A stretch of DNA of 64,000 nucleotides from Eledone cirrhosa (lineage: Eukaryota), in the NCBI GenBank assembly GCA_964016885.1, contig OZ024759.1:4960001-5024000 (forward strand). The letters run 5' to 3'. A model generated the notes under the pieces. It saw only the letters and a program-made list of their open reading frames with translations, made no database searches and was not told the origin of the DNA. A program made the position numbers and the translations under genes. Position 1 is the first letter of the stretch. Every line of letters begins with the position of its first letter. Shown piece after piece: positions 39,851-53,424 of the stretch.

Positions 39851-40305
39851 CTAGAAAGACAAACAATCTTAGTCATTATTTCAATCTAGGGCAGTGGATT
39901 GGCAGAATCGGTGGAGCATCGAACACCATGCTTTGCGGCATAAAGTTATGGCCCTTTATGATCTGAGTTCCAATCCCGCCGAGGGTAACTTTGCTTTTCA
40001 TCCTTACGGGGTCTTGTGCCTATATAAGGAACCATTATTTTAATCAAGGGCGGTGGATTGGCAGTATCGTTAGAGTGTCGAACACCATGCTTTGCGGTAT
40101 TGAGTTACGACCCTTTCCATTCTGAGTTCAAAACCCGCCAAAGTTAGCTTGGCCTTTCATCCTTACGGGGTCGATAAAATAAAGTACCAGTCACACACTG
40201 GGGTCATTTAAATCGACTTTCCCCCTTCCCTTCAAATTGCTGGCCTTGTGCCAACAGTAGAAACAATTATTTCAATCTGCACTTTGACAATGCTGTTTAT
40301 TTTAA

Positions 40306-43300
40306 CCCTTTAGCATTTACATTACCCTGTATTTACTATTGTATTTTCATGGTAAAGGCTTTACCTCACATAATTATCTCACGTAGCATTTACATTACTC
40401 TGCATTTACTATTGTATTTTAATGGTAAAGGCTTTACCTCACATAACATTTACATTACCCTGTATTTACTATTGTATTTTCATGGTAAAGGCTTTACCTC
40501 ACATAATTATCTCATAACATTTACATTACTCTGTATTTACTATTGTATTTTCATGGTAAAGGCTTTACCTCACATAATTATCTCACATAACATTTACATT
40601 ACCCTGTATTTACTATTGTATTTTCATGGTAAAGGTTTTACCTCACATAATTATCTCATAACATTTAAATTACTCTGTATTTACTATTGTATTTTCATGG
40701 TAAAGGCTTTACCTCACATAATTATCTCACATAACATTTACATTACCCTGTATTTACTATTGTATTTTCATGGTAAAGGCTTTACCTCACATAATTATCT
40801 CATAACATTTACATTACCCTGTATTTACTATTGTATTTTCATGGTAAAGGCTTTACCTCACATAACATTTACATTACTCTGTATTTACTATTGTATTTTC
40901 ATGGTAAAGGCTTTACCTCACATAATTATCTCACATAACATTTACATTACTCTGTATTTACTATTGTATTTTCATGGTAAAGGCTTTACCTCACATAATT
41001 ATCTCATAACATTTACATTACTCTGTATTTACTATTGTATTTTCATGGTAAAGGCTTTACCTCACATAATTATCTCACATAACATTTACATTACCCTGTA
41101 TTTACTATTGTATTTTCATGGTAAAGGCTTTACCTCACATAATTATCTCACATAACATTTACATTACCCTGTATTTACTATTGTATTTTCATGGTAAAGG
41201 CTTTACCTCACATAATTATCTCATAACATTTACATTACTCTGTATTTACTATTGTATTTTCATGGTAAAGGCTTTACCTCACATAATTATCTCACATAAC
41301 ATTTACATTACCCTGTATTTACTATTGTATTTTCATGGTAAAGGCTTTACCTCACATAATTATCTCATAACATTTACATTACTCTGTATTTACTATTGTA
41401 TTTTCATGGTAAAGGCTTTACCTCACATAATTATCTCACATAACATTTACATTACCCTGTATTTACTATTGTATTTTCATGGTAAAGGCTTTACCTCACA
41501 TAATTATCTCATAACATTTACATTACCCTGTATTTACTATTGTATTTTCATGGTAAAGGCTTTACCTCACATAATTATCTCACATAACATTTACATTACT
41601 CTGTATTTACTATTGTATTTTCATGGTAAAGGCTTTATCTCACATAACATTTACATTACTCTGTATTTACTATTGTATTTTCATGTTAAAGGCTTTACCT
41701 CACATAATTCTCATAACATTTACATTACTCTGTATTTACTATTGTATTTTCATGGTAAAGGCTTTACCTCACATAATTATCTCACATAACATTTACATTA
41801 CTCTGTATTTACTATTGTATTTTCATGGTAAAGGCTTTACCTCACATAATTATCTCACATAACATTTACATTACTCTGTATTTACTATTGTATTTTCATG
41901 GTAAAGGCTTTACCTCACATAATTATCTCACGTAACATTTACATTACCCTGTATTTACTATTGTATTTTCATGGTAAAGGCTTTACCTCACATAATTATC
42001 TCACATAACATTTACATTACTCTGTATTTACTATTGTATTTTCATGGTAAAGGCTTTACCTCACATAATATCTCACATAACATTTACATTACCCTGTATT
42101 TACTATTGTATTTTCATGGTAAAGGCTTTACCTCACATAATTATCTCACATAACATTTACATTACCCTGTATTTACTATTGTATTTTCATGGTAAAGGCT
42201 TTACCTCACATAATATCTCACATAACATTTACATTACTCTGTATTTACTATTGTATTTTCATGGTAAAGGCTTTACCTCACATAACATTTACATTACCCT
42301 GTATTTACTATTGTATTTTCATGGTAAAGGCTTTACCTCACATAATATCTCACATAACATTTACATTACTCTGTATTTACTATTGTATTTTCATGGTAAA
42401 GGCTTTACCTCACATAACATTTACATTACTCTCTATTTACTATTGTATTTTCATGGTAAAGGCTTTACCTCACATAATTATCTCACATAACATTTACATT
42501 ACCCTGTATTTACTATTGTATTTTCATGGTAAAGGCTTTACCTCACATAATTATCTCACATAACATTTACATTACTCTGTATTTACTATTGTATTTTCAT
42601 GGTAAAGGCTTTACCTCACATAATATCTCACATAACATTTACATTACCCTGTATTTACTATTGTATTTTCATGGTAAAGGCTTTACCTCACATAATATCT
42701 CACATAATATTTACATTACCCTGTATTTACTATTGTATTTTCATGGTAAAGGCTTTACCTCACATAATATCTCATAACATTTACATTACTCTGTATTTAC
42801 TATTGTATTTTCATGGTAAAGGCTTTACCTCACATAATTATCTCACATAACATTTACATTACCCTGTATTTACTATTGTATTTTCATGGTAAAGGCTTTA
42901 CCTCACATAATATCTCACATAACATTTACATTACTCTGTATTTACTATTGTATTTTCATGGTAAAGGCTTTACCTCACATAATACCTCACATAACATTTA
43001 CATTACTCTCTATTTACTATTGTATTTTCATGGTAAAGGCTTTACCTCACATAATTATCTCACATAACATTTACCTTACTCTGTATTTACTATTGCATTT
43101 TCATGGTAAAGGCTTTACCTCACATAATTATCTCACATAACATTTACATTACTCTGTATTTACTATTGTATTTTCATGGTAAAGGCTTTACCTCACATAA
43201 TTATCTCACATAATATTGAATCTACAAGATTTTAATATTATTTATTTTGAGAAGAAAACCTTAACATCAGTATGAGTGGCCAGTTGCAGCTGATTTGAAC

Positions 43301-43349
43301 AGAGGTTAGAGAATTCTGGCCGGATATGGCCAGTTTAAATGCTAAAGGG
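40306..43349. mobile_element. piggyBac-like MITE expanded by an internal 72/73-bp satellite (40315-43213)
   Basis: Ends are TTAA|CCCTTTAGCATTTA ... TAAATGCTAAAGGG|TTAA. Satellite unit TCACATAACATTTACATTACTCTGTATTTACTATTGTATTTTCATGGTAAAGGCTTTACCTCACATAATTATC. Confidence 0.8.
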
Positions 43350-45018
43350 TTAAACTGTTTACATTCCATTATAATTTCATGTAAGAACCTTTGTTAAGTT
43401 ATATTCCAAACCACCTGAACTTCCCCAGGTTCTATGCTACAAAATTGTTTATTCCAAAGCCTTTATATTATCTAAAAATCTTCCATCTAATTTCATGTAA
43501 GAACCTTTGTTAAGTTACATTCCAAACCACCTGAAACTGCCCTTATTCCACTTTAAGTTTACGGTTCATTTCTTTTTCATTTAGAATTGTCTCCTGCAAG
43601 AACATAGATGAAAATGGATGAAAATGCACAAAAATTCAAACTGGTTATAATCAACAAGTAAAATCTTATTCATTTTTTTTTTTTTGGCATGGCATTGGAA
43701 AAGCATCACACTGTCTAAAAACGTCTGTCTTAAACCAGAAGGCTTGTTAGGCCAATGCTTATCTCGGTTTCATGGCATGAAGCAACTTGAAGTACAAGAC
43801 ACCTTGCTGTGAAGGCACATGTCTTAGTGGTTAGAGCATTGGGTTTGCAATCGAAAGGTTGTGAGTTCAATTCTCGGACCAGGTGATGTGTTGTTTCCTT
43901 GAGCAAGACACTTTATTTCACATTGCTCCAGTTTACTCAGCTGTAGAAATGAAATGATAGGACTGGGGTCCGTATCATTAAATTACCCTAGACACCTCCA
44001 ACGAGATATACCTTGGAGGAGGCCAGCTAAACCTGCATATGTGTGAGCTGTAACAACAACAACCTCGCTGGACAGGACACCAGTCCATCACAGTGTTAAA
44101 CCTCCAGCTATTACTGGTACTCATTTTCAGCTATATAATACAATATATTTTTCGTTACGCTGGTGCTTATCTCTGGGAGTACAAGTATCGACTGGGAGTA
44201 CAAGATTCCCCCTGGACAGGACACCAGTCCATCACAGGGTTAAACCTCCAGCTATTACTGGTACTCATTTTCAGCTGAGTATACTGGAGCAATGTGAAGT
44301 GAAGTGTTTTGCTCAAGAACACAACATGTAACCCAGCTCAGGAATCGAACCCATGACATTATGATTCTAAGTCCAACACCCTTACCACTAGGCAATGCAC
44401 CAAACTGTGCAACTCCTAAATATTTTTGTATCTCCTCGTGTTTGTGTTTTTGTAGTTTTTATGTCAAATGAATTCAGAGCATAATCGACATGAGATGATT
44501 TCAACTAAAACCTGTTTCCCTATAAATATGAAACACCCTAATATATATGTATATATGTTAAAGGTATATTATAAAGAGAAAGGACCTGCTGGCTGAGCTC
44601 TTGCTCTTTATAAAATAGCCATGCTCTACTACCGCGGGCTTTGTGTTGTGTTCTTGAGCAAGACACTTTATTTCACGTTGTTCCAGATCACTCAGCTGTG
44701 GAAATGGGTTGCGATGTCACTGGTGCCAAGCTGTATCGGCCATTGCCTTTCCCTTGGACAATATCAGTGGCATAGAGAGGGGAGGCTGTTATGCATGGGC
44801 TACTGCTGGTCTTCTACAAAACAACCTTGCCCAGACTTGTGCCTTGGAGGGGAACTTTCTAGACTCAAATTCTATGGTCATTCGTGACCGAAGGATCTCT
44901 TTACCTTTTACCCTTACTAACCCATGTATCGAATACTCTGTTCAGTAATGGTCTAACTAGTTTTAAACTGGTTCTATCCTGATTTATGTTAAAGGTATAA
45001 AGGTATCTATATACTTAT

Positions 45019-45207
45019 GAAAGACCTCCACTTCACACATGCTAAGGCTAGGTCCTGACAGCAGAATTATTGTGATTTTGTTGCCCTTAACAGGACTAGA
45101 ACATTGCACATCAATAACTTTTGTCTTCTCTAGATTGGAAATCTTCTCACATATTCTGTGTTTTTTGTCTTTTGATACCAACACTATTATTGAGAATTTA
45201 TTTTGTG
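45019..45207 (-). CDS. Second half of FTP/F-type-lectin-like domain exon (189 bp, phase 1/1; non-canonical donor ATAAGT)
   Basis: Acceptor ttctgcag. Encodes QNKFSIIVLV...VQCSSPVKGNKITIILLSGPSLSMCEVEVF, whose LSxCEVEV terminus is typical of FTP domains. Confidence 0.8.
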
Positions 45208-45454
45208 CTGCAGAAAAACATGGTAAGAAAGTTAAAACAAAAAACAATTAGCAATGGTATTTGGTGGTGGTGGTAGTGGGGATGGTGGTGAGGAGGAGGG
45301 AGATTTGGGTAAAGTTTAGTCAAAAACTGATTGGCAAACATGGGCTTGGACGAGTGCAAGATTTAGGGCACATGAAGCCCTGTGCTAGTTATGTTATGAG
45401 GCCTCTTACTCGTAAAAAATTCATCATAAAAAATTGTGCCAAATTTAGAATTAA

Positions 45455-48400
45455 CCCTTTAGCATTTAAACCGGTTGTATTCGGCCAGAATTTTCTCAAC
45501 TCTTTCTATTCAAACTGGCTGTAACTGGACACTCATACTTATATTAAGGTATTGTTCTCAAAATAAATAACATCAAAATCTCATAGATTCGATATTATGT
45601 GAGATAATTATGAGGGCGGTGGTTTGGCAGTATCGGTAGAGGGTCGGACGCCATGCTTTGCCGCATAGAGTTACGGCCCTTTATGATTTTAGTTCAATCC
45701 CGCCGAGGTTAACTTTGCCTTTCATCCTTATGGGGTTGATAAAATAAAGTACCAGTCACTCACTAGGGTCGATTTAATCGACGTTCGCCTACCCCAAAAT
45801 TGCTGGCCTTGTGCCTATATAAAAAACCATTATGTGAGATATTATGTGAGGTAAAGCCTTTACTGTGTAAATACAATAGTATATATAGAGTAATGTAAAT
45901 GTTATGTGAGGTATTATGTGAGGTAAAGCCTTTACTGTGACAATACAATAGTATATATAGAGTAATGTAAATGTTATGTGAGATATTATGTGAGGTAAAG
46001 CCTTTACTGTGACGATACAATAGTATATATAGAGTAATGTAAATGTTATGTGAGGTATTATGTGAGGTAAAGCCTTTACTGTGACAATACAATAGTATAT
46101 ATAGAGTAATGTAAATGTTATGTGAGATATTATGTGAGGTAAAGCCTTTACTGTGAAAATACAATAGTATATATAGAGTAATGTAAATGTTATGTGAGAT
46201 ATTATGTGAGGTAAAGCCTTTACTGTGAACATACATTAGTATATATAGAGTGGTTTCTTTATTTGCCACTAGGGCACAAAAGGTAGGGACAGATACAAGG
46301 GGGGATGTTTACATATAATTAACGAGTACAAAAATATAACAATGAAATAACAACAACAAACGAAGTCCTCAATAGGGAGGGGGCATTAACATGGGTCGCA
46401 CACACCCCGGAAAAATGTGCAACCCTTCTCCTCAGGAGCACAAAGAGTAGGTGATTCCCTCGTCTCCTCTTTTTCCTCTTCTTTCACCTACAGGCTGATA
46501 TAGAGAGAAGACCCATTCACTCTGGCCATTCTCCCTACTTTCACCCACCTTTCATAAAACTTGCTGGGGTAGAGCACCTCTCTCTCCATTCTGATCCTTC
46601 TTTTAAAATGGTATTTGAAAAAGGGGACCAGTTGTTGGCCGGAGAGATAGGTGTCTGACCTCAGCCCTTTCAGCCTCGTCCACCATACAACTTCTTTAGC
46701 CATGGCTATCACACAGAGAAAAACCGCCTCTCCTTCGTTTTTGAAAGGGGGAGGCGGTTTGATTGTGACAATGGACTCGGTGGTCAACCGGATTGGTCCC
46801 ACCTTCGACAGTAGTCGTTCCACATAGCCCCACAGGTCAGCAATGCCTGGGCAGTGTACGAATGCGTGCGCAACCATTTCGTCATCATGCACGCATCTCG
46901 GACAGATCTTATTCAAAGGATCCCTACCCAAGCTCCCATGCCTGGAGCTTGTCTCGAACGGGTAGAGCCCCTCGGTAGCACTGCCAAGCCAGGGACTTTT
47001 GGATGTTGTCCATCGGTCCAGGGCCAAACGTCCTACCGAACAGACTGGCCAGTTCATCTTCCTCCATGCCTAGAGCTTCTCCGAGAGCATCGTCGCACCT
47101 GCTGCGTACCAACCCTCTATAGAATGTCGAGGTGGAGTCTCCACTGATTGCCGGGTCCGCTTTCCAGAGGGCCGTGAGCGCCTGGGCACATTCAATGTGC
47201 CAGTCGCCCACTTTTCTCGGTCTTTGCTTGACCCATGATTGCAGCTCGGTGAGCGAGACGAGTCTGGGAAAGGCTCGCCTCACAAACGGGGCCCACACCG
47301 GTTGACCGGTGAGGAATACCTGGAGGTGCCGTAGCCTTAATGCGTGTTTACGCATCTGTAGCCATGGCATCCCCAGCCCTCCTTTCGAAGGGTGTTGACA
47401 GCAGATGGATCTCCTCCCCAAAGGGGTCCGCTTGTTCCAAAGAAATTGGAACAGCGCGCACTCCATTTTGGCGAGTCTTTTCACTGGGCAAGGCACGACG
47501 GTCAAGCGGTAGTAGATGACGGATGCTATATAAGTATTCGCCACCTCCGCTCGACCTTTCAGGGATAGTTTGCACTGGGCCCACACCCTGGCCGTTACCT
47601 TGTTCCAGTTTTTCTCCACCTGGAGGTCTGGTCCGAACGAGACCCCAAGCAGCTTCACCGGGCCCTCTGTCCAGCGTCCGACGACCTCGTTGGAGGGCAT
47701 CGGTTTGCCTCTCCATGTTCCGAGTTGCAAACCGACGGACTTGTCCCGGTTCAGCTTGGCTCCTGTAAACCTTTCATATTCCTCCAGTAAGGTGCCAATT
47801 TGCGAGGTTTTCGACACCATTACTGTCACGTCATCGGCGTAGGCCGACGCCGCTTTCTGCAATCCCGGTTCCAAAGTGATGCCCTGCAACCGCTCCAACT
47901 TCCGCAGTAGTGGCTCAAGAGCCAGCACATACAGAAGGGAGGAGAGAGGGCATCCCTGTCCGATGGATCGCATGATTTGGAACGGCTCCGAGAGGTGGCC
48001 GTTCACCTTGACCCTTGAGCAGACGTTGCTGCTGTGCATCGCAGCAATCCAACCCCTGAAAAAGGGTCCGAAGTCTGCCGCCGTGAGCACCGCATCCAGG
48101 TAACGATGGTCAACCCTATCGAAAGCTTTAGATTGATCCAAGTTGATCAGGGCCCCACTAAAGCCGGGTTCATTCCCTACCCTCTCTATGATGTATCGCA
48201 TAAGGTGGAGATTGTCGTGAATGGACCTGGACGGGATTGCGCATGTCTGCGCTTCTCCCACCAGGTTTCCGACGACAAGCGCCAACCTCTTCGCTAACAC
48301 CTTGGCCAAAATCTTTAACTCTGTATTTAGCAGAGTTATGGGCCTGAAGTTACTTATGTCATCCCCCTTGTTCTCACCCTCCTCACCAGCGTAACTACGC

Positions 48401-51400
48401 CCTTGGTCACAGAACTGGGAATTCTCCCGTTCTGCTGCCAGTTGCAGTAGACCGCTTCGAGGATATCAGAGAACAAGTCCGGCATCGCTACATATAGCTC
48501 GTAAGGTAGACCATCGACACCCGGGGATTTGCGTTTGCCGCTTTGGCTCAGCGCCGCCCCTATCTCAGCAGCTGAAATCGGCCTTTCGCAGGACTTCGCC
48601 TCCGCGTCCGAGAGGCGCGGCAGACCGTCGAGGTATGGATTGAAATCCATAGTCTCACCCGGCGCGCCGCCCCTCTCGAACAGTCATGCAAAGTGCCACT
48701 GAAAGGCCGCACACATCTGCCCAGGTTCAAGGATCACACGCCCATCCTGGTCCTTCAAAGACCGAATCGTGGACTTGTTACCACTTTTTGCCTCTGTCAC
48801 TCGGGCCCAGCTAACAGCTTTGGCTCCCTCATTACCCAGAGCACGTATTTTACTCCTGACAACGCAGCCTTCATGCTTCACCTCAAAGAACTGGTCTAAG
48901 GCCATTCTTGATGCCAGCACGCTGGCTACATTGCCACTCCTAATCGCCTCATCTACTCTATCTACTAATTCCCTTTCCGTCTTGTTCCTATCCCTTGCTA
49001 ATTCCTGACTAAAACCTATCGATTCTATTCTAATTGCTCTCTTAAGAGAGATCCACCACCTGTTGTTGACAATTGCCCCTGTCAAACTCTGCTTAACTAA
49101 CGTGCTAATCCATTTACTGTAAGCTTTGCTTGTCGGTAAGGACAAGTTCAGCTTCCAGTAACCGGGTCCCTGTCTATGGGTTCTATCAAGGTTGGCTATG
49201 CAGGTCACTAACTTGTGATCCGAATAGTCAACCATGAACATTTTTGGACAGCTAAATGTGTCCCTATCCTTCTCTCTAACTAGGATCCTATCTAGGTACG
49301 ACCTAGAGCCGCTGCGATTGGTCCACGTCCATAGTGGTACAGTCGGAAAATCTAGTCGATATCTATCGGCCAGGTCAAATCGGCCAATTAACCGTTTGAG
49401 GCTTTTACACCCCTCTGTATTGGCACATGCCCCTACATAGTCCCAACGTGCATCCAGGATACCATTCCAGTCCCCCACTAAAAGCAAGGAGCTGGACGTT
49501 CCCAGAAAAGTTTCCAGATGTTGGAAGTATTCCGGCCGTGCTGCCCAAAAAGGGGCGTACGCAGCAATTAGTCTAAGGGCTCCACTTTCACTACTGCCGA
49601 CTTCTAAAACCACCAGTCGACCCTCCGGGTCCAGGTGCACCTTCTGTATGGTGAGGCTCAGGTATTTTCGCAGCAGAACGACAACTCCACCCCCACCCCC
49701 CGGTTGACAGAGAGATGCGAAGATCTCAAAGTCGTCGAAGAGGGGCGCCAGTTGGCGCTCGCTGCTGATCCTGGACTCGCAAATAGCCATTACATCCATT
49801 CTATGCGACCTGAGATCGTTCAAAAGTTTGCCTTGTTTCCAAGACAGTCCCAGGCCGCGTACATTCAGACACCCAACTCTTATATCAGCCATGTTGGTTA
49901 AAAGAGGAAGGACCTACCTGTTCGGCTCCTGAGGAGCAGGTTGCACAATATCCATGGGCGTATTGGAGGGATTGTTTGGTGGGGTGTTGTTTTGTGGTGG
50001 GGTGGGGTGGGGGTGTTTGGTGAGGTGTGGGTGGGGAAACGTTTCAAGAGGACGCGGTTATAGGGTCGAGTACATGTTTTCCCCACGTCCTCAGGAAAGT
50101 TCTCTCTTAGTTTTGCATAGGTGTCCATTGGGAGTCTTATCATTTTTAAATGCGGTTTGTTGGCCGCGCTTGCAAAGAATTGCCCTTCAGTTTCCACCGA
50201 AGGGTCTTTGTGTATTGTTTTTACTAGTTCTCTGTTATTTGTGTTAATGTATGTATACTGTTTTATTTGTGTTGTGTTTGTTTGTTGTTCTTGTGTGTGC
50301 TTGCGTTTTGTTGTATGTGTTATGTTTTGGGGCGGGGCGGATTTTGTTTGTTCTGTTTGTTTTGTTTTTGTTGGTGGTTGTGTGTTTCTTTCATTTATGT
50401 TCGAGTGGTGCTTTCTTTTTTTCCTTTTTACAGGTTGGAAGGGTCCCCCCCTCTTCGTCACTAGGTGCTATTTCAGCTGGGTCCTCGTCCGTGCTGTCGG
50501 GTAGTGGTGTATTTTGGGGTTTTGTTGTGTTTGTGTGTGTTTTTGGAGTTGCTTTGGGTGGGGCCGTGTCTTGTGTTATTTTTCCGTGTTGTTTTTTGTT
50601 GTTGTTGTGGTGGTGGTAGTGGTGGTGGTGGCGGTGGTAGTGTGTGGGGTGTAGGCAAAAGAGCCTTTTTTTTGTCAATTGAGGGCAGGCAGCCCTTAGA
50701 TGACCCCTGCTTGAACAGTAGTAACATATGGGCCTCCTACCCTGGGCTGAAATGTATATAAATGTTTCTCCATCGAGGGACACCCTCTGTGGTATTCTAG
50801 CTATTCGTTCTGGTCTCATTTGGACCAGAACCTCCACGCTCAAACCGCAGAAAACGTCTGTGGTGACTTCTCCTACTGAAAGGATTCCGTCCTCGTCTTC
50901 TAAAAATCCTGTTAGTACCCAGGAAATGCATTAATTTGGCCGGATTCCGGAGACTCTTATTTTCTGCGTTCTTTTCCCCAAATATGTGGGGAGAAATGTG
51001 TGTAGCTTGGAAACAATTGGCGACACAGAGTATTTCCTGGCCGTCAATTGATCCTTCATTAGCACCGTTATATTCCCATAGAGTGGCCCTTTTTGTATGA
51101 ACGATATATCACTCCACACACTTTTTAGGACCAGCTCAATTTCTTTTGGGATAATTGAGCTGGTTTCCTTGTTATGTTGGAAATTGTTCTGAAAGATATC
51201 GTTCTTAGTGTCGTGTCTCTTTTGATTTCTTGTGGGGAGGTGATTGTGAAGTCTCCTCCTTCTTTGAAAGTTACATACTGTTTTGCTTCCTTCATCTTTT
51301 CTCTCAGAGTTGTAATGTCCAGTTGCTTGCAGGTCTGTGTTTTCCGGACCGCCTGTGCAAAGGAGGCACCAGTAGTGGGTTCGCTTTGTTTGGTGTTATC

Positions 51401-52674
51401 GTTATTTTTTCCTTGGTTGGTGTTGTGACTATTGCTGTTGTTGATCATGCTGTTATTGTCATTGTTGTTTTTGTCTGCGTTTATGTGACTTTCTGGGTTT
51501 TCACCCATTTTTACAAATTTTTCTTTTAATTCCGTGTTCCATGTTTCTTTATCAGAAGTGAGGAGGGAAGACTTAGAGCCTTGTGCTTCTAGCTTCTCTG
51601 TATCACCTTTCTTAGGGGGCGTGGCTTTCTTGTTAGGATGAGATGTGAAAATTCCGTCCATTTCTATCAGTTTGCCGTAATAAATTTTTAAAAGGAAAAT
51701 TCGCCCCAAAAAGGGGCGAAAATAAATAAACTCAAAGTTTGACGACCAAGGCAAGGGGTTAACGTATATTACAGTATAAAAAAATTAATCAAAACTCACT
51801 TTTGAGTAAGTAAATCCAACTCGGTAGCCGAGCTTGTTCACACACGTCAACACACGTCTCTCGTATACGAGATGTTATGTGAGATATTATGTGAGGTAAA
51901 GCCTTTACTGTGAAAATACAATAGTATATATAGAGTAATGTAAATGTTATGTGAGATATTATGTGAGGTAAAGCCTTTACTGTGAAAATACAATAGTATA
52001 TATAGAGTAATGTAAAAGCTATGTGAGATATTATGTGAGGTAAAGCCTTTACTGTGAAAATACAATAGTATATATAGAGTAATGTAAATGTTACGTGAGA
52101 TATTATGTGAGGTAAAGCCTTTACTGTGAAAATACAATAGTATATATAGAGTAATGTAAATGTTACGTGAGATATTATGTGAGGTAACGCCTTTACTGTG
52201 AAAATACAATAGTATATATAGAGTAATGTAAATGTTATGTGAGGTATTATGTGAGGTAAAGCCTTTACCACAAAAATACAATAGTATATATAGAGTAATG
52301 TAAATGTTATGTGAGGTATTATGTGAGGTAAAGCCTTTACTGTGAAAATACAATAGTATATATAGAGTAATGTAAATGTTATATGAGGTATTATGTGAAG
52401 TAAAGCCTTTACTGTGAAAATACAATAGTATATATAGAGTAATGTAAATGTTATGTGAGGTATTATGTGAGGTAAAGCCTTTACCACAAAAATACAATAG
52501 TATATATAGAGTAATGTAAATGTTATGTGAGAGATATTGTGAGGTAAAGCCTTTACTGTGAAAATACAATAGTATATATAGAGTAATGTAAATGTTATGT
52601 GAGGTATTATGTGAGGTAAAGCCTTTACTGTGACAATACAATAGTATATATAGAGTAATGTAAATGCTAAAGAG
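45455..52674. mobile_element. Inverted copy of the same piggyBac-like MITE, with 72-bp satellite (45830-46251, 51872-52665), nested SINE and nested LINE
   Basis: Ends are TTAA|CCCTTTAGCATTTAAA ... TAAATGCTAAAGAG|TTAA. The satellite is the reverse complement of the 40.3-43.2 kb array. Confidence 0.75.
46252..51871 (-). mobile_element. Full-length decayed Tx1/L1-clade non-LTR retrotransposon
   Basis: ORF1 fragments 51754-49898 carry a CCHC knuckle (CYYCSSRGHLRAAC). ORF2 fragments give the APE endonuclease (49892-48684; LNVRGL, GDWN, SDH), RT (48309-46924; DQSKAFDRV, QGCPLS, YADD) and a C-terminal CPRC..HAFVHC. The 3' end is GGCAAATAAAGAAAC. Confidence 0.92.
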
Positions 52675-52966
52675 TTAAAACATAACTTAACAAATGTTCT
52701 TACATAAAGTTAGGATAGAAGGTTTTAAGATAGTTATAAACATTTTATCATAAACTAAGATGCGTGGCTCTGTGTTTAGAGTATTCGCCTCACAATCGTA
52801 AGGTCATGAGTTTGTTTACCAGCGGAGTGTTGTGTCCTTGAGCAAGACACTTTATTTCATATTATTCCAGTTCACTCAGCTGGCAAAAATGAGTTGTACC
52901 TGTAATTCAAAGGGTCAGCCTTGTCACACTCTGTGTCATGCTGAATCTCCCTGAGAGCTATGTTAA

Positions 52967-53187
52967 CCCTTTAGCATTTAAACTGGCCATATCCGGCCAG
53001 AATTCTCTCACATCTTTCTGTTCAAACCAGCCATAACTGGCTGCTCATACTTATGTGAAGGTATTGTTCTCAAAATATATAATATCAAAATCTCATAGAT
53101 TTGATATTATGTGAGATAATTATGTAAGATAAAGCCTTTACCACAAAAATGTAATATTAGATATGGAGTAATGTAAATGCTAAAGGG
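52967..53187. mobile_element. 221-bp unexpanded piggyBac-like MITE inserted in a SINE
   Basis: TTAA on both sides, 14-bp TIR CCCTTTAGCATTTA, and one diverged copy of the satellite-unit sequence. Confidence 0.85.
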
Positions 53188-53424
53188 TTAAGGGTATGCA
53201 TGTCTGTGGAATACTCAGCCACTTGCACGTTAATTTCATGAACAGGCTGTTCCAGTAATAGTGTCAACTGGAACACTCATTGTTGTAACCGACAGTGCCA
53301 GTTCAAGTTCAAGGGGTAGAGTTGATTCAGACAGTTTGGTATCCAAACAGTTAAACAATTAGGAACATGTGTGTTTCATGCCAATTATAAATAAATGTCT
53401 TTAGTAAATGGTGACATTCTAGAA

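Noticed and set aside
45013-45018. U12-type AT-AC intron
   Set aside because: The donor lacks ATATCC and the downstream acceptor is AG.
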